From: Promethearchaeota archaeon
GTDB taxonomy: Archaea; Asgardarchaeota; Lokiarchaeia; Sigyniarchaeales; SOKP01
Assembly: GCA_019057865.1 (NCBI GenBank)
Contig: JAHLWP010000017.1
Coordinates: 1 to 64,000, forward strand
Reading direction: 5' to 3'
Length of the DNA stretch: 64,000 bases
In this document: in pieces, positions 32,045-41,855 of the stretch
Position numbering within the stretch: the stretch's first letter is position 1
Layout of the letters: every line of letters starts with the position of its first letter
Program-made: the position numbers and the translations under genes
Notes under the pieces: generated by a model
The model's database searches: none
Told to the model about the DNA's origin: nothing
What the model saw: the letters and a program-made list of their open reading frames with translations, nothing else

Positions 32045-32112
32045 TATCAACAAATAATATTATTGTATTTTAAGATAATTTCATCTTAATAAGGTATTAC
32101 ATTTTGTCAGAT

Positions 32113-32211
32113 ATGGATCAGGTATACAAGGTTCACAAGAATTTATATATTGGAGCATATTGGCCTAGATTAAATTTTAAAAAATTCAAAAAAATAGAAA
32201 AAAAAAATTAA
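32113..32211 (+). pseudogene. Possible truncated N-terminus of a dual-specificity phosphatase
   Basis: MDQVYKVHKNLYIGAYWP, then runs into an A-tract and stops. Confidence 0.3.
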
Positions 32212-32629
32212 AAATCTATTACTTTAATACCTTTTTCCAGAAGTAAATATCCATTTCCAGTTATACTATAAGCAAGTACACTTATTTTCTCAAGAACTTC
32301 AAATGTTGCTTTATTTTCTTTAATGGCATTTGATAATTCATCCAATAACCAATTAATTTATTAAAGAATTTTGAATCAATAGTAATTGGTTGTTTTCCTT
32401 GTCTTGCTATTGCAATACCTTTTAAAATTGTATTATAACAATTTACTAACATAAAGTGCATAAAAATTAAATGTTGATTGAATTCAATATTATAGATTCT
32501 GTTAATAATTGAATGGATTGCGCTTAAATAATAAAGAGATTCATCCATATCTGCAGTAACTTTCATTTTCTCAATAACAAATTGAATCTTTTTAATAATT
32601 CTATCTTTATTTTCTCCTGATAATTTCAT
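32208..32629 (-). pseudogene. Hypothetical protein with a frameshift near 32349
   Basis: Alternative frame continues LLDELSNAIKENKATFEVLEKISVLAYSITGNGYLLLEKGIKVIDF*. Confidence 0.55.
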
Positions 32630-32727
32630 CTTATTACTCCCATGTTTTACCAATTTGTAACGCATCTTGACCCTTACTTAAAGAAGTATCTTGAATAATT
32701 TCATCGTTAATCTCGCCTGTTCCTGCG

Positions 32728-33102
32728 TTAAATAATGGTTGTGGCGATTCTGTTTTGGTTTCCAAAAAAACTTACTGTTATTCCCTCACTCATTGTTAGA
32801 TAGGTAAGCTCTCCTGCGCTTATTGGGGGCTTTCTAATATCAGAGAACTCTTTTTTTCTCGAATGTATTGGTTTTACAAAATTTAGTAGAGTATTAATCA
32901 TTCTTCTTCCTAATTTGCTTATTTCATAGAAGGAATATTTATCAGCAAATTCATTTCTATTATAAAAGTTGTATATTAATCCGTATCGCATAAGAGTTTT
33001 AATATGATGGCTTAAGTTATTCTTAACTATTTCAAGCTCTTTACTTATTTCAATAAATGATTTAGGTCCTTTTTTTAATAAATAAATTGTAATAAGAGAG
33101 AA
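32728..33102 (-). pseudogene. 5'-truncated ArsR-type winged-HTH regulator
   Basis: Frame extends upstream of the track ATG (IYLLKKGPKSFIEISKELEIVKNNLSHHIKTLMRYGLI) but reaches a stop with no start codon. Confidence 0.6.
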
Positions 33103-33206
33103 TTAGATATTGAAAAAAACTAAAAAGTCTTTTAAAGGAAAAGAATCCAAAAAGAAAAAAAAAAAATTTGGGATATTTTATAGATAACGCCACTTATTTT
33201 CATTTA

Positions 33207-35168
33207 TCAAATCAATGTTTCCAAAAGTGCGATCAATGCATCAATCATCGCGCATAACTCTTGCTGTGTTTCTGGATCGATTATCCAATCGTTCCTAGGA
33301 TTGCCACCGAGAGATCCATCACATTTTGGACGAATATCATGCTTTAATTTGAGTATCGCTTCTTCATACATACCATTATTTATCAATTCGATTACTTCAT
33401 TGAGTTTTTCCGAAAATGCGGTCTTACGTTGATTAGCATTATTTATAAAAACCTCATCGGGTAGGTTTTGTATATAATCGTTAACCTCTGGAAATTGGCT
33501 GGAAACAGGATAAAACCACACTTTATCCATTGGATTCGATTGAAAACCAGTGAACTTGCTACTGTACGCATCATAATTTCTTCTTACAAAACCCCAAGCC
33601 CATGGAAAGACTTCTTCAATCAGTCGTTGTTGAATGTTATCATATAAAACCTTTCTTTCTGCTGGATTTATAGTAATTAAGGCTTCTCCCATCCATTCCT
33701 GTACTAAATCATCATCTACTTGCGCGAAATTATTTACAGAATTCTTGGAGAACAATGAATTTATAATATTGCTCGGATCGATATAATCTGGAACCCAACC
33801 TAACCAAAAAAGTTCTAACATATCTCTATGATATGGTGGCATATCAAAGAGCCTATACATAAACTCTGGCCATGTCATACCATCATCTACCACTGTGATT
33901 CCAATTTTTCCGAGATTATCTTGTAATAAAACCAACATGTCCTCTCGGAAAGTATTACCTCTATTATATGTATAATTAAACGTGGCAAATGGAGCGGTTT
34001 CTTCTTGATCTACCCAATAAGTGTCATCGTACACGTTAAAATCTACACCGAATCCCATGGATTGCATGACTTGTCTTGCTCGTGTAAGATTTAGGATGGG
34101 GACATTAAATGACCAGTTGGCATACGTAACACCTAATGGAATAGGAGATTTCAACCTTACAGCCTCTCCTCCTAAGAGCTCATCAATCATATATGTATAA
34201 TTAATGGCATAAGAAATCGCTTCTCGAAATGAAACATTTATAAGCCTGTTGTTCATCCCAAGAAATCGAATTGTTGCGTCTTGTCCAGCATCTACAAGGG
34301 TGATATCTGGATGATCTCTGAATTCTTGGAGCCTTGAAATATCGGGAGTTTTTATGAAGTCAATAATCCCATCTAATAATGCTTGATTTCTCATATAGCT
34401 ATCTGGAATAATTGAAAATGTTAATTCGTCAATATATGGAGCACCCGCCCAGTAATTTTCATATGCGTGCATGGTGACTTCAACACCTACCTCATAATTA
34501 TCATATACAAAAGGACCCGTCCCAACTAAATCTCCAGTTGCCCTATCAATATAATTCTCTGGAGGTGTTGATGCAGGTGACATGATTCCTGATCCACTAA
34601 AACATAATAAGGCTTCAAATGGCGCAAATGGTTTATTTAACACAAATTTTACGGTATAATCATTGTCAACGATCTCTACCTTGTTAATTATCGGTGTTCC
34701 ATCAGGCCAAAGATATAATGTAGAAAACGGGGTTGTAGGTATCTCTGGTGGTAATGTACCATCTATGTTCATAAAATATACCAATCTATCAAAATTCCAT
34801 TTAACGGCTGTAGCATTGAACGGGGTTCCATCATGAAATGTGACACCCATTTTAAGTGGAACTGTGTAATTTAACCCATCTATTGACCATGTGCCAAAAT
34901 CCGATGCTAATCTCGGGATGGGGGCAAGTTCAGGATCGAATAAATCGTAGGCATATAACGTTTCGACAACTTGCTCAATAACATCAGATGAAGAACTATC
35001 CCACGCACTATGTGGATCTAGATCTCCAGGACCAGAATAGGTACCATATATTAGTTTAACAGGATCTTGAGTTTGACCACGTACTTCTGTTGAAATATAA
35101 GAAAGCATTGAAAGAGTTAAAAGAGTGAGAACAATAATCGAAATTCGAATTTTTTTCATTTTTTTCAC
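33207..35168 (-). CDS. Family-5 (peptide/nickel) ABC substrate-binding protein with a C-terminal helical extension
   Basis: Signal peptide; DLDP, FHDGTPFNATAVKWNFDR, GTGPF, WVPDYIDP. Confidence 0.92.
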   Translation of the reverse strand: MKKMKKIRISIIVLTLLTLSMLSYISTEVRGQTQDPVKLIYGTYSGPGDLDPHSAWDSSSSDVIEQVVETLYAYDLFDPELAPIPRLASDFGTWSIDGLNYTVPLKMGVTFHDGTPFNATAVKWNFDRLVYFMNIDGTLPPEIPTTPFSTLYLWPDGTPIINKVEIVDNDYTVKFVLNKPFAPFEALLCFSGSGIMSPASTPPENYIDRATGDLVGTGPFVYDNYEVGVEVTMHAYENYWAGAPYIDELTFSIIPDSYMRNQALLDGIIDFIKTPDISRLQEFRDHPDITLVDAGQDATIRFLGMNNRLINVSFREAISYAINYTYMIDELLGGEAVRLKSPIPLGVTYANWSFNVPILNLTRARQVMQSMGFGVDFNVYDDTYWVDQEETAPFATFNYTYNRGNTFREDMLVLLQDNLGKIGITVVDDGMTWPEFMYRLFDMPPYHRDMLELFWLGWVPDYIDPSNIINSLFSKNSVNNFAQVDDDLVQEWMGEALITINPAERKVLYDNIQQRLIEEVFPWAWGFVRRNYDAYSSKFTGFQSNPMDKVWFYPVSSQFPEVNDYIQNLPDEVFINNANQRKTAFSEKLNEVIELINNGMYEEAILKLKHDIRPKCDGSLGGNPRNDWIIDPETQQELCAMIDALIALLETLI

Positions 35169-35373
35169 TTTTAATTTTTTTCATTTTTTTTTTTTTAAAT
35201 TAATGTATCAATAACCTGATCTATGATCGGTTATTTGCCTAATCTATGGTTATTTCTGGAAATAGCCATTTCACATTTTTATTAAGCCAAAATAATTAAT
35301 CATTAGCTTATATTTAAAATTTTTGTTATATTTGTTTTACCTTTTTTAAATTGCCAGACATGATAAAATCATC

Positions 35374-35775
35374 TCAACTCTTCTGATTTTTATCTTTTAA
35401 CATGTTGAAGTAGCGTTTCAAGCGATTTGGTCCTTCTTGGATCAGATCTAATGAAATGTCTCGGCCTTTCCTACTCTCATAAGATGCCATATCAAGTACA
35501 TTTTCTTTTACCACTTCAGTGCTAATATCATTATGTGGATCATCTAAATAACTGGGCAATCCTTCAGAAAGCCAGTGATATCGTCTTGCTTTCTTGATTT
35601 TACCATCAAGACCTTGTTGTATTATTCCCCAATTATTTTCAGAAACAATCATTAAATGATGATATATATTAAATCCATCTTGAACAGCAGCATCATAATA
35701 TTCTTTATAGTATTTAGCGAGTTCTCTATCAATTTTTTTGACAGAGTATTCATACAATCCAATCTTGAATGGCAC
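35374..35775 (-). pseudogene. Internal fragment of a DUF763-family gene
   Basis: AAVQDGFNIYHH...WGIIQQG...ARRYHWLS; both ends missing. Confidence 0.65.
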
Positions 35776-36029
35776 AGAATTAAAAGTTGTTTTATTTATA
35801 GCTAAGAAATATATCTGTAGAAATTGTGGAAGAGAAGTTTAAGGCTCAAAATAAAATTTCTTTTTTTATTAATTTTATTATCTTTTTTTATACTTTTTTT
35901 GATTAAAATACTTTAGTAAATAATAAAATGATTCTAAAACATCTTAATTAGATTTTTAACTATAATATAATTTACATTGTTAATCAGAAATTAAAATCTT
36001 CTTTTGCGGTGTGCTTATAGATTCCTCGA

Positions 36030-37106
36030 ATGAGAATAAAGAAAGGTATTCAATACATTAGAAATTTTCTTTTAAATAATTTTACAAACAATAAGATTCC
36101 TTATTCTGCTCAAATAGAGTTAACTTTAAGATGTAATGCTAAATGTCCTTTTTGTTCAATTCATTCTATCCCAGAATCTTATTTAAGCAAAGATATGAGT
36201 ACTGAACAAGTTAAGAATTTAATTGATCAAATTGCAGATTTAGGGGTTTTAGCATTATCATTTACGGGTGGTGAACCTACATTAAGAAAAGATTTACCCG
36301 AATTGATTTACCACACGGGAATAATTAATAATTTTATGAATGGTATCGCTACTAATGGATACTTATTGCCAAAAATATTTAAAGAATATGAATTAGAAGG
36401 ATTAGATTATATACTTCTTTCACTTGATTATCCTAAAGCAGAATTACATGATAATAAACGAGGGATTAAAGTATTTGATAAAGTCATTGAATCTATAGAT
36501 CTTGCCAATAAAAGAGACATAAAAGTTATCATCAGTACTGTAGTTATGAAAGATAACATTTATTATTTAAGCGATATGTGTGAGTTAGCAGAAGAATTAA
36601 ATTGTTCAATTGAATTATATCCATGTGAAGATATTATACGAGATTTTCCTAATGAAAGCTTTCAGATTGACGATATTCATGATCTAATCCCAAGTATATC
36701 TGTTTGGGCAGATATAATCAGATCTTTAAGAACAAAATTCAAAAATATATTAACTGACCCTGTAAGTATTGAAATTATTGAAAAAGGAGGATTTGGAGGG
36801 TTTCCAAACTATTATCAAAAACTTTTACGTTGTCATGTAGCGGAAGCTTATTTATTTGTTAGTCATGATGGATATATTAATTATCCTTGTAAAATCCATC
36901 CAATAGAAAGCTTCAATGCTTTAATACATCCAATAAAAAGAATCTACAATTCAACTGAAGTAAGAGAAATAATGAAAAACCATGATAACTATAATTTTTG
37001 CCAAAAATGTCGTTTGGGATGTGCAATTGTATCGAGTTTACCAGCTCGCTGGAAAACGGTTTATGCAAAATATATTAAAGGATTTTTAGATGGAAACTTG
37101 AGATAA
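36030..37106 (+). CDS. Radical SAM protein with SPASM/twitch-like C-terminus
   Basis: CNAKCPFC, FTGGEPTLR, TNG, C...PC...CQKCRLGC. Confidence 0.9.
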   Translation: MRIKKGIQYIRNFLLNNFTNNKIPYSAQIELTLRCNAKCPFCSIHSIPESYLSKDMSTEQVKNLIDQIADLGVLALSFTGGEPTLRKDLPELIYHTGIINNFMNGIATNGYLLPKIFKEYELEGLDYILLSLDYPKAELHDNKRGIKVFDKVIESIDLANKRDIKVIISTVVMKDNIYYLSDMCELAEELNCSIELYPCEDIIRDFPNESFQIDDIHDLIPSISVWADIIRSLRTKFKNILTDPVSIEIIEKGGFGGFPNYYQKLLRCHVAEAYLFVSHDGYINYPCKIHPIESFNALIHPIKRIYNSTEVREIMKNHDNYNFCQKCRLGCAIVSSLPARWKTVYAKYIKGFLDGNLR

Positions 37107-37219
37107 TTGATTTATAGTCACATAAAGAACACTTTCAGTTAAATTTTCTTTAACCTAAGAAAATAAATAATCAAAAAATTTAATTGAAATTATATTTTTC
37201 TTAATATAGTGATAAAACT

Positions 37220-37834
37220 ATGTCAAATGCCTTAATAATACTCATTATTTTGTTTATAACCATTGGTATGACAATTTTCAGTATGCTTTTTAATAAGATA
37301 CTGGGTTTAAAAAAAGAAGAAATGAAAAATCTCAGAGAACAGGCATTAAAACTTCGAGAACGTATGAGAAATGCACAAGTTTTGGGAGACCCTCAATTAT
37401 TGATACAGATACAAAGAGAAACTATGCAGTTAACCAGTCAAATGATGAAAAAACAATTATTACCAATGTGTTTAAGATGTTTTATTTTTATAGGAATTTT
37501 TACAACTCTTAGCTTTATACTCGCTGATTACGATAGTGGTTTATTACCATTTCCTCTTTGGATTTTCGGTAGTGGTTGGTTCGCTATATATTTTATTTTT
37601 TCTATCACTTTTTCATTAATAATTTTTGGAATAAAGAAATTGTACAAAAGATTCGTTCAAAAAGAAACTAAATCAAAGAGCTACTTACGAGAGATTATGG
37701 GGATTTTATCTCCAACTCAAAAAACATCTGGAATCTCATACCAACTTTCAGATCCTACACAATCTCAAACAACCAGCCAGACATCATCTGAAACAGTGGA
37801 ATCTTGGAAAGATCGCATCAAAAATTCAGATTAA
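37220..37834 (+). CDS. EMC3/TMCO1 (DUF106, Oxa1-superfamily) membrane protein
   Basis: TM1, coiled coil ending MMKKQLLPM, two more TMs, GWFAIYFIFS. Confidence 0.75.
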   Translation: MSNALIILIILFITIGMTIFSMLFNKILGLKKEEMKNLREQALKLRERMRNAQVLGDPQLLIQIQRETMQLTSQMMKKQLLPMCLRCFIFIGIFTTLSFILADYDSGLLPFPLWIFGSGWFAIYFIFSITFSLIIFGIKKLYKRFVQKETKSKSYLREIMGILSPTQKTSGISYQLSDPTQSQTTSQTSSETVESWKDRIKNSD

Positions 37835-37880
37835 TAAAATTTAAAAATAACCTAATTATAAATATAAAAATTTGATCTAA

Positions 37881-38090
37881 GACAATGATCATCCATTAAT
37901 ATGTATACTTCCATTTTCATTTAAGCATAATAGAGGAAATATTTATCCTATTCAAGCAAAAAATAATTTAATTAAAAAAAAGGAAGATAATCTATTAGGA
38001 ATAAAACTCTATCCAAATTGTAAATCAAAAATTTTAGATCCTAATGCAAAATTCTGTGCTCAATGTGGAATAGAACTAAAATATAGCTAA
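37881..38090 (+). pseudogene. Start-less remnant of a zinc-ribbon protein
   Basis: ...KLYPNCKSKILDPNAKFCAQCGIEL; first Cys lost, no start codon. Confidence 0.4.
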
Positions 38091-38105
38091 ATAGGTCAGA
38101 ATAAA

Positions 38106-38588
38106 ATGGATGATAATAACAATATTAAAAGGCAAATGTTCCTCTACTTTACATTTGCATTATTAATGATTATATTAAATTATGCAATCCAAAAGGGCAA
38201 TCAATTAGTAATTGAACCATTTATTTGTCAAAATTTCGAAGATAATGATTTCATTCAGACATTTTATTGTTCAATTAATCCATATAATATGCCAGAATTA
38301 ATTGGAAGCATTGTAGCAGTAGGTATTACATACATTATAAAGTTTTTTCTGGATAAATTTATAGTTTTTAAAAAAACTGAAAAAGAATTAAAGGAGACTT
38401 CAATAGAATTCCTTAAATATTTTGGATTTGCGATACTTACTACGATTCAAAATATTGGAATTCAGTTTTTATTAACAAATTTCATGAATGCACCATTAGA
38501 GATAAGTTTTATAATCGCATTATCTATTGGTTATTTTACAAAATTTTTCTTAGATAGAAAATTTGTCTTTAAAAAAATTCAAGAATAA
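38106..38588 (+). CDS. GtrA-family membrane protein
   Basis: Four TMs, duplicated KFFLD(K/R)xxVFKK, EFLKYFGF. Confidence 0.8.
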   Translation: MDDNNNIKRQMFLYFTFALLMIILNYAIQKGNQLVIEPFICQNFEDNDFIQTFYCSINPYNMPELIGSIVAVGITYIIKFFLDKFIVFKKTEKELKETSIEFLKYFGFAILTTIQNIGIQFLLTNFMNAPLEISFIIALSIGYFTKFFLDRKFVFKKIQE

Positions 38589-38623
38589 AAAAATTTAATA
38601 GATCGGAAGGTGATTTTAATCAT

Positions 38624-39691
38624 ATGTCAGATGATCATGAAAATCATGAAGAAGAAGATAAATCCATAGTTGATGCATTATCGACATTAGGCTGGGTGGA
38701 GGAAAAAGAAGAAGAGGAGGGATCACCTCTAGGAACAGAAGACAATCTCATGGAACAACTTAATCTCTTCATGAATGAAAATAAGAAACTAACTGAAGAT
38801 TTAAATGAAAAAAATAAAACCATAAAAGAATTAAAGACAAACGTACAAGAACTCACCCAAAAGATTGAAGATAATGCAACTCAAGGTCAAGCCATTCAAA
38901 AACTTTATGAAACAATTGAAGATAAAAATGATGAGATTGAAAAATTAAATAAAATTAAAACTGATCAAATAGAAAAAATTAAGGATTTTACTTCTCAAAT
39001 TGAAACGATTAATTCTGAACAAACTCAAAATCAGGATTTATTAGAACAACTACAGGAAAAGGAAAATAAAATTAAAGATTTAAAAGAACAACTTCAATAT
39101 CTTGAAACTGATACCATACAAAAATCTAAGTTTGAAAAAGCTGAAGTTCTTTTAGAAAGAAAAGATGAAATAATAACAGAAAAAGAAAAAGCTATCTTTG
39201 ACATTGAAAATTCGTTAAAATCTGCTAATCAAAAAATTCATGATCTAAAACGGCAACTTGAAACTTTTTCTTTATTGAAGAAAGATTTAGAGAAAAAAGA
39301 TGAACGAATTAAACAATTAGTAGTAGAAATTGAAGAATTGAAACAAAAAAATATAACTAATTCAGCGCTTATAAGTCGGCTTGAAGAACGATTAGAAGAA
39401 GCTCAAGAAAAATCGGGTCATATAACTGGTAAGTTTGAAGTAGAATTAGCTCATATGAGGAATATAATTGATGGAAAAGACTCAGAAATTAAAGAATTAA
39501 AAGAAAAAGCATTTGGGATGGAAAATAAATTAAGTGAAACAGAAAAAATAGAGGAAAAATTATTATCTGACATTCAGGATATTAAAGATGACAAATTAAA
39601 ATTAGAGTCTGAATTAGAAAAGAAAGATCAAGAATTAGTAGAATTAAAGAAAAAAATTAAACTAATGCGAAGAGATTTATCAAAATCGTAA
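38624..39691 (+). CDS. Long coiled-coil protein
   Basis: E/K/L/Q heptad-rich over about 310 aa after an acidic N-terminus. Confidence 0.75.
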   Translation: MSDDHENHEEEDKSIVDALSTLGWVEEKEEEEGSPLGTEDNLMEQLNLFMNENKKLTEDLNEKNKTIKELKTNVQELTQKIEDNATQGQAIQKLYETIEDKNDEIEKLNKIKTDQIEKIKDFTSQIETINSEQTQNQDLLEQLQEKENKIKDLKEQLQYLETDTIQKSKFEKAEVLLERKDEIITEKEKAIFDIENSLKSANQKIHDLKRQLETFSLLKKDLEKKDERIKQLVVEIEELKQKNITNSALISRLEERLEEAQEKSGHITGKFEVELAHMRNIIDGKDSEIKELKEKAFGMENKLSETEKIEEKLLSDIQDIKDDKLKLESELEKKDQELVELKKKIKLMRRDLSKS

Positions 39692-39733
39692 TTATTCTTG
39701 ATGCTCTTCATTCTTTTAAAAAATTAAAGAAAC

Positions 39734-39875
39734 TCAAAATAAATTTTTTGAGTTATGCAAATATTATTGAGGGTACTGTGATTGTGAGATTATTTTTAAT
39801 GCAAAATCTCGGTTATTAAAATATTGAATCTATTTTCCTAAATATTTCACATATTAAGCTTTTTTTAAAAAAGAT
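39734..39875 (+). repeat. Imperfect direct repeat of 49285..49428 (decayed DUF2695 gene 3' end plus junction motif)
   Basis: Translates QNKFFELCKYY*GYCDCEIIFNAK; about 80-85% identical by hand alignment; ends in TAAGCTTTTTTTAAAAAAGAT. Confidence 0.9.
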
Positions 39876-40151
39876 GAACCGCACTATTTGGTATCAGTGG
39901 AGTATGATAAAAATCTTAGAATCTACTTCTTTTCTATAAGTGGTCTGCTATTAAGAGGAGAGAATTTTGTAATAACTCTCAAATTAAGGAAGAAGATTAA
40001 AAAAAATACAGTGAAAGAGTACAGCATTCCATAAATTCTTCAAAACCAAGATAAACAGTTTGATATTTATCAAACTATAGTAAAAATATTTAAATATAAG
40101 AGAATTATAAATTTAGATAAGGCAAAATGAATTAATATAATTAGGGAAAAA

Positions 40152-40520
40152 ATGATAATACCAGAAATATGTTTAGCCTGCAAATGGGCAATTGGAAATG
40201 ATTGTCGCTATGATAATGATTGCTGGAGTCTTTCTCCAAGTATCACCTGTTTTGAGCCTAAGTTTGATTCCTCATATTCTAATCCAAGAAATTTTCTAAA
40301 CCAATGGCTAATAGTAGAAACTATCATGGAAAATTTGGCAAAAGTAATAACTAAAAAAAATTCAATTGATTATCAATTAAAGACTCAACTAAAAGCCATT
40401 ATAGAACATTATTATGCTGTAAAAAAACTTAAAAAATTATATAAAGCACTCCAAAAAGATTTTGAAAAATACTCTCATATTTTTAACAAAAGCCTTAAGA
40501 TTCTAACATTGGAAGACTAG
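40152..40520 (+). CDS. Hypothetical protein with Cys-rich N-terminus
   Basis: CLACKW...C...C...CFEPK; island context. Confidence 0.55.
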   Translation: MIIPEICLACKWAIGNDCRYDNDCWSLSPSITCFEPKFDSSYSNPRNFLNQWLIVETIMENLAKVITKKNSIDYQLKTQLKAIIEHYYAVKKLKKLYKALQKDFEKYSHIFNKSLKILTLED

Positions 40521-40649
40521 AAAAAAATAAAGGAATTACACCCTTAACCATTATTAATTGTAGAAGAAAATTAAAAAAAGACTTATATAATCAAGAACAG
40601 CAAATTTTTATAGAAGAAAAGAAAAGAATTCCGAAATGAAATAGAAAAA

Positions 40650-40901
40650 ATGTTTGATTACTTCGTAGAAATCGGCATTCTTGAAGAAGCAGAAGAAAAT
40701 GGGGAATCCATATTTCGAATAAAAGATCCCGAAGTCATATCTTTTAACCAAGTTGAACTAATAGAATTTCTAAATCAAAAAAGGTTGGATGCCATCATGA
40801 ACAAGTGCCAAGAAGCCAATGATAAACGCATTGAGGAGTTTAAAAAGGATCCTAACATTACCTTTCATGAGCCATCAGTAAGTAAAAAAAGAAAACAATA
40901 A
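40650..40901 (+). CDS. Hypothetical small protein
   Basis: 83-aa ORF with ATG start. Confidence 0.5.
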   Translation: MFDYFVEIGILEEAEENGESIFRIKDPEVISFNQVELIEFLNQKRLDAIMNKCQEANDKRIEEFKKDPNITFHEPSVSKKRKQ

Positions 40902-40916
40902 TATTTCACTTTGCAA

Positions 40917-41198
40917 TCAATAAGTACTGTGAAAATCTCCTTCACATACCTTATTTTCTTCACGCTTTAATTTTTTCAATAATTCATAATAGTTAGGAGT
41001 GGGATATTCCTCTAGGATTTTTGACCTATTTATGAGTATAGATCTAATAGCTTCCCTATTAGGCACATTCTTCATTATTAATAAGTGAGTAGTGGGAATG
41101 TAATGCTTAAAATCCCAACCATTATCCAAAATAAATTGTACATAAAAGGGGTGGCTCAATGGTAATTCTTGATTAAAAGTGACAAGTAAAAACCACAA
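40917..41198 (-). CDS. Hypothetical small protein
   Basis: 93-aa ORF downstream of the TFB fragment; start uncertain. Confidence 0.45.
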   Translation of the reverse strand: MWFLLVTFNQELPLSHPFYVQFILDNGWDFKHYIPTTHLLIMKNVPNREAIRSILINRSKILEEYPTPNYYELLKKLKREENKVCEGDFHSTY

Positions 41199-41236
41199 AA
41201 TTTACTAATAACTCAAGTTTGTAATGTTAGATATTT

Positions 41237-41704
41237 CTAATGCTCCCGTATCCGTGCTCGTATGGTAGCGTCAGTGAGTTCCGATACCTTTCCCAGTTCT
41301 ACCTGTGTAATCTTTATATTATTCTTTCTATACACTAAATAAATTGAAGCTGCCGCATACCCACAAGGATTCTTCCCATTAATAACAGAGGAAGGTAGGT
41401 TTTTCTGTATAAACTGGATAGCCAAGTGTTCCACATACGATTCCAATCCAAGTTCGGATACAAATTTCGGAATGTAGTCAACAGGATCTTTTTGATAAGA
41501 GCTTAAGCCCAACTTTTTTACTATAAGAGTAAAGCACTTTTTAATATGCTTAAAGGAATTAGTGGCATTATTTTTAATAGGACTCGTATTTTCTGCTATT
41601 TCCTTAAGAGTAATCGGATACCTTTCCTTCTTACAACAATAATATAGACAGGCAGACGCTATGCCGAGTATACTTCTTCCTCTCATCAACTTTTTCTTAA
41701 GCAC
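41237..41704 (-). pseudogene. 5'-truncated TFB paralog (cyclin repeats only)
   Basis: RGRSILGIASACLY, GKNPCGYAAASIY, ITQVELGKVSELTDATIRAR; upstream frame closes with no Zn ribbon. Confidence 0.75.
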
Positions 41705-41855
41705 CTGTAAATATAATCGTGCTGCCGAATTATAGATAGTGTCGCTACTACACCAGAAGATGATCTTAGATTCAAATTTTGCATAAATATAGCTCTAAAT
41801 CATTTATATTATATTTTTACTAAAGGATAGCTTTAAATGTAAAAATAACTTCAAG

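Noticed and set aside
38624-39691. SMC or intermediate-filament homolog
   Set aside because: No Walker motifs or hinge; generic heptads cannot support a family call.
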